A DNA stretch of 62,902 nucleotides, filler included, from Octopus bimaculoides (Eukaryota), in NCBI RefSeq assembly GCF_001194135.2. It is 4 parts of 3 records of this genome, joined end to end, with 100 filler letters (N's around TTAATTAATTAA, not from the genome) between each part and the next. Parts side by side here need not be neighbours in the genome. Positions count along the whole stretch, not along the records: positions 51,956 to 62,902 come from NC_068993.1; 3 more parts are not named here. One strand, given 5' to 3'. This document shows positions 52,098-62,902 of the stretch, one piece after another. The position numbers and the translations under genes were made by a program. Under the pieces are notes generated by a model. That model had not been told where the DNA came from and searched no databases. It saw only the letters and a list, made by a program, of their open reading frames with translations. Positions within the stretch are counted from its first letter, which is position 1; each line of letters begins with the position of its first letter.

Positions 52098-52528
52098 ACT
52101 CTTTTACTTCAGTCATTTGACTGTGGCCATGCTGGAGCACCGCCTTTAGTTGAGCAAATCGACCCCAGGACGTATTCTTTGTAAGCCTAGTACTTATTCT
52201 TTTTTTGCACACACAAAAGAGGGTGACGGGGATGTAAACTGACCATCATCGGTTGTCAAGCGATGTTGGGGGGACAAACATAGACACACAAACATACACA
52301 CACACATACATATATATGGATTTGGTAGACGGAAACTGAAAGAAGCCCGTCGTATATGTGTATACGACAGGCTTCTTTCAGTTTCCGTCTACCAAATCCA
52401 CTCACAAGGTTTTTGTCGACCCGAGGCTATAGTAGAAGACTATTGCCCAAGGTGCCATGCAGTGGGACTGAACCCAGAACCATTTGGTTTGTAAGCAAGC
52501 TACTTAACACACAGCCACTCCTGCGTAT
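52098..52528 (-). mobile_element. Full-length SINE family A containing an internal 40-bp inverted duplication
   Basis: Collinear with 52541-52954 except for the extra inverted segment at 52317-52356. Confidence 0.9.
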
Positions 52529-52540
52529 AAGTGTATATAT

Positions 52541-52954
52541 TTTACTTTTTTTTACTTTTTACTTGTTTCAGTCTTTTGACTGTGGCCATGCTGGAGCACA
52601 GCCTTTAGTCGAGCAAATCGACCCCAGAATTTCTTCTTTTAGAAGCCTAGTACTTATTCTATTGGTCTCTTTTGCCAAACCACTAGGTTAGGGGGACATA
52701 AACACACCAGCATCGGTTGTCAAGCGATGTTGGGGGGACAAACACAGACACACAAACACATACACTCATACATATATATATACATATATACGACGGGCTT
52801 CTTCCAGTTTCCGTCTACCAAATCCACTCACAAGGCTTTGGTCGGCCCGAGGCTATAGTAGAAGACACTTGCCCAAGATGCCACGCAGTGGGACTGAACC
52901 CGGGTCCATGTGGTTGGTAAGCAAGCTACTTACCACACAGCCACTCCTACGCCT
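52541..52954 (-). mobile_element. Full-length SINE family A (~410 bp), best reference copy
   Basis: Has a tRNA-like head, a core, a (TA/TG)-rich linker, and a 3' domain ending gactgaaacaagtaaaaag. It shows that the separate head and tail fragments elsewhere belong to one element. Confidence 0.92.
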
Positions 52955-53261
52955 ATGTACATATGCATAAATAAAGATAGTTTTATTAATAATCAATAAT
53001 AATATAAGTGGCTTGCGCACATAACACCAAAGAGGTAAATTTATAAATCTATAATTAAGGGTGCAAGATAGTAGCAATGTTGCTAGAAATAAGAGTAAAA
53101 AAATACTAAAATAAGCCACGATATTTTCAGTTATATTGTGGTTTATTTGAGTATTATTTTACTCTTATATCAAGCAATGCTAGTACTATCTTGTGCCCTG
53201 GATTATAAATTTATATATCTATATATGTGTATATATATGCATATATGTATGTGTGTGCGCG

Positions 53262-53296
<35 letters not shown>

Positions 53297-53299
53297 CTT

Positions 53300-53557
53300 C
53301 ATCATCATCATCATCATTTAATGTCCGCTTTCCATGCTATCATGGGTTGGACAATTTGACTGAGGATTGGCGAACCAGATGGCTGCGCCAGGTTCCAATC
53401 TGATCTGGCAGAGTTTCTACAGCTGGATGCCCTTTCTAATACCAACCTCTCTGAGAGTGTAGTTGGTGCTTTTACATGCCACCGGCACGAGGGCCAGTCT
53501 GGTGGTACTGGCAACGACCATGCTCAAATGGTGTTATTATGTGCCAACTGCACAGGA
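53300..53557 (-). mobile_element. RTE-like LINE 3' end (extra tandem copy)
   Basis: (CAT)n plus ~240 bp closely matching 53569-53830. Confidence 0.88.
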
Positions 53558-53568
53558 TATATATATAT

Positions 53569-54465
53569 CATCATCATCATCATCATCGTTTAACGTCCGC
53601 TTTCCATGCTAGCATGGGTTGAACGATTTGACTGAGGACTGGTGAACCAGATGGCTACACCAGGCTCCAATCTGATTTGGCAGAGTTTCTACAGCTGGAT
53701 GCCCTTCCTAACGCCAACCACTCCGAGAGTGTAGTGGGTGCTTTTACGTGCCACCAGCACGAAGGTCACTCAGGCGGTACTGGGAACGGCCACGCTCAAA
53801 ATGGTGTATTTTACGTGCCACCTGCACAGGAGCCAGTCCAGCGGCACTGGCAACGATCTCGCTCGAATGTCTTTACACGTGCCAGGGAGGCGAAGCTGGG
53901 CACANNNNNNNNNNNNNNNNNNNNNNNNNNNNNNNNNNNNNNNNNNNNNNNNNNNNNNNNNNNNNNNNNNNNNNNNNNNNNNNNNNNNNNNNNNNNNNNN
54001 NNNNNNNNNNNNNNNNNNNNNNNNNNNNNNNNNNNNNNNNNNNNNNNNNNNNNNNNNNNNNNNNNNNNNNNNNNNNNNNNNNNNNNNNNNNNNNNNTAGT
54101 GTCCAATAAAGGAAAGGTACACATAAGTAGGCTGGCTACACCCCTGGGAGAGGCCTTGGATTTAGGTCTCACTTGGCTTGCCGGGTCTTCTCACGTACAG
54201 CATATTTCCAAAGGTCTCGGTCAGAAGTCATCGCCTCGGTGAGGCCGAATGTTCGAAGGTCGTGCCTCACCACCTCATCCCAGGTCGTCCTGGGCCTACC
54301 TCTTCCACAGGTTCCCTTAATTGCTAGGGTGTGGCACTTTTTCAAACAGCTATCCTCATCCATTCTCGCCACATGACCATACCAGCGCAATCGTCTCTCT
54401 TGCACACCACAACTGATGCTTCTTAGGTTCAACTTTTCTCTCAAGGTACTTACACTCTGTCTAGT
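53569..54465 (-). mobile_element. 5'-truncated RTE-like LINE: ORF C-terminus, 3'UTR and (TGA)n tail
   Basis: ORF 54169-54444 reads QERRLRWYGHVARMDE...GRGRPRTTWDEVV. The 3'UTR spans the gap at 53904-54097. Confidence 0.92.
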
Positions 54466-54589
54466 ATGTTCTCAGTAAAAATTCAGCGACACAACAGACT
54501 GTAAAAGGGCAAGACAAATGAAAAAATACTAAATAAAAAAATAAAATTGATTAACCTACGTACCATGGTTTCACCTGTTAAAATTTACA

Positions 54590-54740
54590 TAAGTAAATAT
54601 CTGCAGGATCATCAGCGTAGTCTGTCGATTTATAACATATAATTTCCAGAACTAGACACAGGACGTCCACCCGAACGTGGTTAGATGATTCGGCATCTAT
54701 TTCTAGCATATAGGAGTCCACTTTTGCTGGTCATTCCTCT
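54590..54740 (-). mobile_element. Possible old LINE RT fragment
   Basis: One minus-strand frame reads TDYADDPA (YADD motif); there is little other support. Confidence 0.3.
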
Positions 54741-54983
54741 TATTTTTGTATGTAATATAATCTTAATCTTCTGATTTTTTTAATATNNNNNNNNNNNNNN
54801 NNNNNNNNNNNNNNNNNNNNNNNNNNNNNNNNNNNNNNNNNNNNNNNNNNNNNNNNNNNNNNNNNNNNNNNNNNNNNNNNNNNNNNNNNNNNNNNNNNNN
54901 NNNNNNNNNNNNNNNNNNNNNNNNNNNNNNNNNNNNNNNNNNNNNNNNNNNNNNNNNNNNNNNNNNNNNNNNNNNNNNNNNNN

Positions 54984-55081
<98 letters not shown>

Positions 55082-55419
55082 ACACACACACACACATATA
55101 TATATATGTATATATATATTTGTTGTTGTATTTGGGGATGGTCATATTGCCAGTTTAGCCAATAAAAACACACGCACTGTATATTTGGTGTTAATTTGCT
55201 TCAGCTTTATATTACATTAATCCTATTTCGGCCAGAATTCTTTCATCACACTTCTGTGACCTCATCAGTGGTCCTTTGCTTTCTTCTTTCTTATGTGTGT
55301 CTCACCTTGCTAACTATCAGCCATTTTGTATTTTGTATTCCTATTGTATGTGTCTACGCATGCGTATCCTTCAACATGTCAATGTTTTTGTAAGTGCATG
55401 TATGTGTATGGGGAGTGGC

Positions 55420-58400
55420 AATGACCCATGCATGAATGGTGCTTATTTCATGCCATCAGCATGGAAGCCAGTCAGGTGGCAATGGAATCAGCCACAACTA
55501 CAATTTCCACTTTTGACTTCAATTTGATTGAGATTCTGATTGTGATTTTGGTTTTGATTTTTGATTTTACTTGACTCAATAAGTCTACTCGAGCATGGTG
55601 TGTCGCCCAACAATTCAAAGGTATTTTTTAAATGGACTGGTTATGTGACACTGGTATAGGCTACGGCTGTGATCTCATTTTACTTGCTGAGTCTTCTCGA
55701 TCATAGCATATCTCCATAGGTCTCAGTCTTTTGTCATTGCCTCTGAGAGGCCCAACATTCGAAGGTCATGCTTGACCACCTCATCCTATGTCATCCTGGT
55801 TCTCCCTCTTCCACACGTTCCTTCCACTGTTATGGAGTGACACTTCTTCACACTGCTCTCCTCATCCATATGCAGCACATGACCATGCCAGCACAGTCGT
55901 CTCTCTTGCGCACCACATCTAATGCTTCTTATGTCCAACTTTTCTCTCAAGATACTTACACTCTTTTGTGTGTGCACACTGATATTACACACCCAGCGAA
56001 TCATTCTAGCTTCATTTCTTTGAAGCCTATGTATGATGTCCTCAACAATCATGGCCCATGTTTCACTGCCATGTAGCATGGCAGTATGCACACATGCATC
56101 ATACAGTCTACCTTTCACTCTGAGCGAGAGACCCTTTGTCACCAGTAGAGGTAGGAGCTTTCTGAACTTTGCCCAGGCTATTCTTATTCTAGTGGCAATG
56201 CTCTCTGAGCATCCACCCCCACTACAAACTTGGTCACCTAGGTAGTGGAAGCTATCAATTACTTCTAGTTTTTCTCACTGGCATGTGATGGAATCTGTTT
56301 CCTGAGCATCTTCAGTGTTTATTGCCCTCTGCATCTGCTGCACACAAAAGCTATCATCCTAATTAACCTCCCTTTGATGTTGCTGCACCTCTAATGTGTC
56401 CATAGCTTACACTGGGTACATTTTATAGAGTTTCTACCTACACCTTTTCTACAGATCGAGCAGGGCCATCTAACTGAAGGGGTTTGTGATTTGCTCGCCT
56501 TCCTACTTACTAGGACTTTGGTTTTTGCAACATTGACTCTCAGGCCCTTTGGTTCTACACCTTGCTTCCACACCTGAAATTTCTCCTCTAGTTCAGGTAG
56601 TGATTTTGCTATGAGAGCAAGGTCATCAGCATAGAGGAGCTCCCAGGAGCAACCTGTCTTGAATTCTTCTGTTATTACTTGGAGGACTATGAGGAATAAG
56701 AGAGGGCTGAGGGCTGATCCTTGATGAACCACCAAGAATTCTTCACTATACTCTTTTCCGACCCTTATCTTACTGACAGCATCCCTGTACATGGCCTATA
56801 CAACTCTTTTTAGACATCTATCCCTAGTTTCCACATCACCTACCAGATAAGGGACTGGGAGACCCTGTCAAAGGCTCTCTCCAAGTCAACAAAAGCCAAG
56901 TATAGGGGTTTATCTTTGGCTAGGTATTACTCTTGCAATTGCCTTACCAGGAATATAACATCAGTGGTGCTTCTACATGGCACAAAACCGAACTGCATCT
57001 CATCTAAGCAGACTCTCTCTCTAATTAGTTGGGCTATGATCCTCTCCATGACCTTCATCACCTGATCCAGCAGTTTGATACCTCTGTAATTATTTCTATC
57101 TAAAGCATCACCTTTACCTTTGTAACAGTTGACTATGATGATGCTACCTAATTTACAATATGGGTGACTAGACCATAACCCACACCACCAGATATTTTAA
57201 GCATCTCAGCAGTGATTCCTGATGGGCTGGGGTCTTTTCCTGACTTCATATCCTTAATTGCTTTATCTACCAGGGTGCTATCGATTCGGGTAGCTGGTCC
57301 CTTGACTGGGTCAACATTTGGAAGGCTCTCCTCCTCCCATTCATTCTTCACATTCAGCAGTCTTTCCTAATGGCCTCTCCAAGCCTCTTTCTTTGCAGAA
57401 TCATTAAAAGCAAGTGCACCATAATCCATGCAGACACATTTCTCTCCTGTAACATCACAATTTTCTCTCACACACTGTTCTGCAAAACATTGGCAGACAT
57501 CTTCTTTTCTGCTTCTCCCTTGGCTATATATACCTGTCTCCCAGTCTCCCTTCTGGCAATCTGGGACAGTTCGCTGCTACCCCCACTCTTCTAGATTTTC
57601 CAGGCCTGTTTCTTTGCTCTAATGTCCTTGTCTACCATATTATTTCACCACTACATTACCTTAGGTCTGGAATGGATTTTGCACCAGCTGCAGATTTGGT
57701 CTGTGGCACTCAGTAAGCTGTCATATAGGAATTTCCAGTTACCCTCTATGTCACAAGTCTGTAGCTCCTCCTCCGTCTCATCACATCTCTCAATGAAGAT
57801 GTCCTTAAATCTCTGACCATGTGAAGGGTTCTTTAGCTTCCAAATCCCTCTTTTCTGGATTGGTCTGCTTCTTGATATCCTTCTGGCTTGGAGTCTAAAG
57901 TCACAAATGATCAGTCTATGCTGGTGGGTACATTCTTCACCAGGGATGGTCTTTTTATCTAAGAGCAGCTGTGCATCCCACTGTCTGGTGAGGACAAAAT
58001 CAATCTGGCTAGCAGAGTCACCTGATTGATAAGTTATCGGGTAGCTGTCTGTCTTCCTGAAGTTGGTGTTGCAGATTAATAGGTTGCTTGCATCACAGAA
58101 CTGCAGTAGCCTAGTTCCCTCTTCATTTCAGGAACCAATTCCATGAATCCCGTGAATACCATGGAAGATACCAGATTGCCGTCCAACAGGCCCATTAAAA
58201 TATCCAGCCGCAAGGATTATGCCTACACCCCCTATTCCATCACTGTTACCTTCCCTGGCTGAAGCTCCTCTCCATCTTACCTCTTGTATGCAGCACACAT
58301 CAACACGTCTCCATTCAAGCATCTCTACAATCTCACTAGACCTACCTTTCAATGAGCCTATATTGACAGGGCCAATTCTAAAAACTGGCAAAGGAATGTG

Positions 58401-58500
58401 GGAGAAGTCATGAGAAGGAGAGATGTTATTCAATGCTTGAAAAGAAGGTTTTCATGTTCGTTTGATAGACATGCTACACCTGTTCTCACTTTTGACCTAC
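55420..58500 (-). mobile_element. Near-full-length decayed RTE-like LINE (APE endonuclease + RT)
   Basis: APE start RIGPVNIGSLKGRS...DVCCIQEVRWRG (58128-58433); KDPSPSGIT (57148-57351); HQGSALSP..LLYADD (56391-56792); MLHGSETW..RRLCWHGHV..GRGR (55786-56142). Many stops and frameshifts. Confidence 0.93.
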
Positions 58501-58711
58501 CATCATTCAGACATTCAAGCATGTTAAGATTGTTGCCCCTACTGGGGGTAGGAGTAAGTGTTAGCGGTGTTGTGAGTATAAGCATTATGAACATCGTAAA
58601 TTTAAGCATTACTGGTGCTGCAGATATAAGTATAAATAAATAAATGAATAAAAATAAATAGATAAAAGTAAATATGAATATCAATATGCCAATGTTAGAT
58701 GAAGTAGATGG

Positions 58712-60345
58712 GTAGCTAAACTATATAAAGGAAAAGGAGCCAGAACAATGTGTGGTAACTGCAAAGGTATTGCTCTATTATCAGCTGCTGGCAAGGTTCT
58801 GGCAAATATTCTTCTGACCCGTCTGAATGGGTGTCTCATAAATGATGTCCTATCTGAATCTCAATGTGGCTTCCGATCTGTTAGAGGGACAATGGATATG
58901 ATTTTCACAGCAAGACAGATGCAGAAGTGCTATGAGCAGAATATGGATTTTGTCCAGGTATTCATTGATTTAACAAAGGCCTTTGATACTGTAAATAGGG
59001 CCTTTCTATGGAAAATACTTGGCAAACTTGGATGCCCGGATCACTTTGTATCTATAATTAAATCATTTCATGATGAGATGGAGGCTTGGGTCAATGTTGG
59101 TGGTGGCATGGTGGGACCCATTCCTGTAGAGAATGGTGTCAAGCAGGGTGACATCCTTGCCCCAACTCTTTTTTCTTTGTACTTTGCTGCTGCTTTTACT
59201 CATGCTTTTGCTAAGGTTAGCTCTCTGGGAATATATGTCAGATATCGATCTTCTGGCCGCTTCTTTAATCTTCACCGATTTGCTGCCAATTCAAAGGTTC
59301 TCCAGTCTATTTTTCGTGACCTCCTTTATGCAGATGACTGTGACTTAGTCACTAATACAGTGGATGTCATGCAAATACTCATGAATTGCATTTCTGCTTC
59401 TTGCAAAGCATTTGGACTTGGCATTAGCCTGAACAAATCTGTTGTAATGTTCCAGTCTGCACCAGGAAATCCATATGTGAAACCAGCTATCTTGGTTGAA
59501 GGAACAATTCTGAAGGTAGTAGACAAGTTTGTCTACCTGGGAAGCACACTCAGCCGTTCTTGCTCCATGGATGAGGAAATATCATTCAGGTTGCAGAGAG
59601 CAACTAATTCCTTCCGGTCTCTTCAGTTTCGTGTCTGGTACCAGCATGGCATAGCAAGGCAAACAAAAGTTGCTGTGTACCGTGCATGTGTACTGACATT
59701 GCTCCTCTACGCATGTGAGACATGGACTCTGTACAAACGTCAGGTAAGAGTCCTTGAACGCTTTCATCAGAGATGTCTCAGGCACGTTCTCAATGTTGGC
59801 TGAACCTCAAAAATTCCAGACACACAGATCCTGAGGACAGCTGATATCTTGAGTATTGAGGCGATGGTGCACAAGCACCGGTTACGTTGGACTGGACACC
59901 TTATTAGAATGAAGGATAGCAGGATTCCTAAGCAGATGCTATATGGAGAACTTGTGAATGGAAGGAGACTCCGGCAGAAACCAAGGCTGCGCTTTAAGGA
60001 CTGTGTCAAGTCCTCATTAAAGGCCTGTGATATGCAGGACACTGACTGGGAGAACAATGCCTGTCCTCACCACGGATGGAGGAAGCAGGTTAAGGAGGGG
60101 ATCGACACTTTTGAGAGTGCATATATCTAGCATGAAGAACTTAAGCGAGCTGCGCGAAAGCGCACAGCTCATATAGTGAATGGGGAAAGCTTAATCTGCA
60201 ATGTTTGCAGTCGTGTATGCTTGTCAAGAGCAGGGCTCATTAGCCACCAACGGAGCCGCAAATGCAAAATATAAGTTAGTCCTAGAGCGCACAATGTTCC
60301 TGAAGGTCGGCAATGGTCTTCCTCGGTCATGAGTGGACGGCCATC
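58712..60345 (+). mobile_element. 5'-truncated RTE/BovB-like LINE with RT domain and C-terminal C2H2 finger
   Basis: Encodes QCGFR, FIDLTKAFDTV, GVKQGDILAPTLF, LLYADD, FVYLGS, LLYACETW, RLRWTGH and CNVCSRVCLSRAGLISHQRS. The frame runs to 60274 with internal stops at 59801 and 60128, followed by a (TGTA)n tail. Confidence 0.95.
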
Positions 60346-60401
60346 ATGTATGCATGTATGTATGTATGTATGTATGTATGTGTGCAAGTATATGTATATA
60401 T

Positions 60402-60722
60402 GTGAAGGCACGTGGCTTAGTGGTTAGGGCATTCAGCTCATGATGGTAAAGTCATGAGTTCAATCACTGGCAACACGTTGTCTCCTTGAGCAAGACACTT
60501 TATTTCACGTTGCTCCAGTCCACTCAGCTGGCAACAATGAGTAGTACCTGCATTTCAAAGGGCCAGCCTTGTCACATTCTGTGTCACACTGAATCTCCCT
60601 GAGAACTACGTTGAGGGTACATGTGTCTGTCTAGTGCTCAGCTGCTTACATGTTAATTTCATGAGCAAGCTGTTCCGTTGATCGTATCACCTGGGACCCT
60701 CGTCGTAACCGATGGAGTGCTC
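60402..60722 (+). mobile_element. SINE family E, full length
   Basis: Reads gtggcttagtggttagggc..gagttcaatc..ccttgagcaagacactttatttcacgttgctccagtccactcagctgg. Confidence 0.9.
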
Positions 60723-60913
60723 CTTTAATATGCATATATATATATATAATTTTTTTGTCGAATTTTCTATCACAGAACAGTACATTTTATGTATATATAT
60801 CCATATATGTGTGTATATATAAACATATGTGTGTGTGTGTGTATAATATATATATATATATATATATACATACACATATGTGTGTGTATATACAATATAT
60901 ATACATACATATA

Positions 60914-61822
60914 TCTCATCTATAAAAGGCAGATTTTCTCTGTGTGTGTTTGTGTGTGTGTATGTTTAAAATTCATACATTTACACAATTCCAAATTTAT
61001 TGGATTAAAGTATCGCAATTAAAATTCTAAATACAGTTTTTTAGGTCACTGCGTCATTTTTTCACTCAAAATAATTCCTAATAACGAATAAAATCCATAA
61101 AACTACACAAATAAACATTCCCCACCCCTTATAAAATCTAATTTCCTCTTTCTACTACAAATCCTTTCAACTCCTACTTTCTCTTATGAACCTTTACGAA
61201 CAATCCAACAAGAAATACAAAAAGAAAGGAAGGAGAAACACTGACAGTAAAAGAAATCTATTTCAGTATCAAAACTGAAACAATCACATTTCGATAGTGT
61301 AATGACAGATAGTTTCACTTTAATGGTTTAATTTTTATACTACATACATATATACATACATACCTCATTCTAATTGGCGGGANNNNNNNNNNNNNNNNNN
61401 NNNNNNNNNNNNNNNNNNNNNNNNNNNNNNNNNNNNNNNNNNNNNNNNNNNNNNNNNNNNNNNNNNNNNNNNNNNNNNNNNNAACAGATCACCAGCAATT
61501 GCTTCATCAGAAATTACCGTCCTACCTCCTGCAAAAAGGGATTATCCTGCTATGTATAATCAGGGTAGCGCAAAAAGATGTTTTGCACAAGCATTTCTAT
61601 AGCCAATCAGACGGATGAAATTTACGTACACTTAATAATGTTACGCAAAACAACCTTCAGACTTTCCCTATTAATTTCATCGTCTTTTGAATTATGAACA
61701 TATTTACATCATAAGGGTTTTTTCGTTGTAAGGCTTTCTTTTTTAGTTGATTTTCACCTAGCAAAACTTATCGTAGATGGCGTAATAAGTCACACCCGGA
61801 CAAGGTCGGGTTATACTGCTAG
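60914..61822 (+). mobile_element. Non-autonomous Helitron-like element (spans a gap)
   Basis: Starts a|TCtcatctataaaaggcag..(tg)n and ends with hairpin acccg-gacaaggt-cgggt followed by CTAG|t, consistent with an A^T insertion site. Confidence 0.7.
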
Positions 61823-61836
61823 TATTATGATAATAA

Positions 61837-62795
61837 TGAGATAGAATTAGGCATTTGAAATTCTTAACAGGAGCTATAACCAAGAGTTTTCAATCAGCCA
61901 AACTGTGACTAAGTTAGAACCAAGAGTTTTCGGTCAGCCAAACTGTGACAAAATTAGATAGATGAATGAATAAGTGATGATAATAAATGAACGTGAAAGA
62001 GAGGGAGGAAGAGGGAAAGTTGGATCGAGTGAGGGGATCTTGAGTTTTCTTTTTTTTTTTTTAACATACAGATTGGAAGATAATGAAATAGATTGAATAA
62101 TGAAATGGACTAATGAGATAATTATGATCTGTGCTGAATGCAAAAAAAGGTTGCTTATCTGAACATCTGATTTTCTACTCCTTTTGGCAAGGTGTTAAAA
62201 TGAGATAGGAGAATCTGAATGGGCTAGTTTACATAGGGTGGGGTGGGGGAGAGTGGAGGTAAGTGTTGGGAGAACAAGTGGTTATCGAAAGAGAGAGAGA
62301 GAGAGAGAAAAAAAAGACCAGAGTTAGGCTGGTCAAAGATAGAACATGAGATGGAATTTGGAGATTTAGGGTAACATAATTTAACAAATGGGTTTAACAT
62401 AGCTGCAAAACAGCAAAAACTCAGGCTGCCGGTGTGAGACAGTATTACGATAGTGAGATAGAATTGGGCATTTGAAACTATAACTAAGAGTTTTCGGTCA
62501 GCCAAACTGTGACAAAATTAGATAGATGAATGAATAAGTAACGATAACAAATGAGAGGGAGGAAAAGGGAAAGTTGGATTGAGCGAAGGGATCTTAGGTT
62601 TTTTTTTTGTTTTTTTAAACATACAGACTGGAAGAAGAAACTGTGTTTACATAGATAATGAAATAGATAGAATAAGGAAATGAACTAATGAGGTAATTAT
62701 GATCTGTGCTGAAAAAAGAGAGGTTTACTAGACTGAAAAACAAGATTGTTTATCTGAACATCTGATTTTCTACTCATTTTGGCGAGGTGTTAAAA
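61837..62795. repeat. ~350-bp direct repeat pair (61837-62200 and 62454-62795), period ~617 bp
   Basis: Both copies run tgagatagaatt..cagccaaactgtgacaaaattagatagatgaatgaataag..atctgattttctactc..ggtgttaaaa. Confidence 0.9.
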
Positions 62796-62825
62796 TTATA
62801 TATATATACGTACACATATATACAT

Positions 62826-62856
<31 letters not shown>

Positions 62857-62863
62857 CATACAC

Positions 62864-62902
<39 letters not shown>

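Noticed and set aside
55420-60345. The two divergent LINEs as one inverted element or a bidirectional system
   Set aside because: Each has its own, dissimilar RT region and a different state of decay, so they are independent insertions.

Overview
Repeat-dense, AT-rich animal genomic DNA. The tRNA-derived SINEs, RTE 3' tails and microsatellite load match what I recall of Octopus genomes; this is inference, with no database search. No intact host protein-coding gene, tRNA/rRNA gene or CRISPR array is recognisable, and almost all long ORFs in the track are microsatellite or N-run artefacts. Three identical 100-bp spacers (44 N + TTAATTAATTAA + 44 N at 12195, 29595 and 51856) split the window into four pieces whose adjacency is not established. 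Recognisable content: a decayed DD34D mariner (2172-3339); a 2.8-kb TIR DNA transposon with a decayed hAT-like transposase inserted into a SINE (17741-20534); two Helitron-like elements and one Helentron/HINE-like element; R4/Dong-like, Tx1/L1-like and several RTE-clade LINE remnants, including a near-full-length decayed RTE (55420-58500) and a near-open BovB-like RT frame (58712-60274); and many copies of three SINE families, given working labels A, C and E. The most unusual structures are a 268-bp fold-back with a tRNA T-arm-like centre (27550-27817), a 39/40-bp hairpin inside a SINE (52317-52400), a head-swapped chimeric SINE (41750-42086), and a nest of retroelements in (AAT)n/(AAC)n microsatellite (24126-26335). 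I found no convincing novel gene system; the interest is in transposon architecture.
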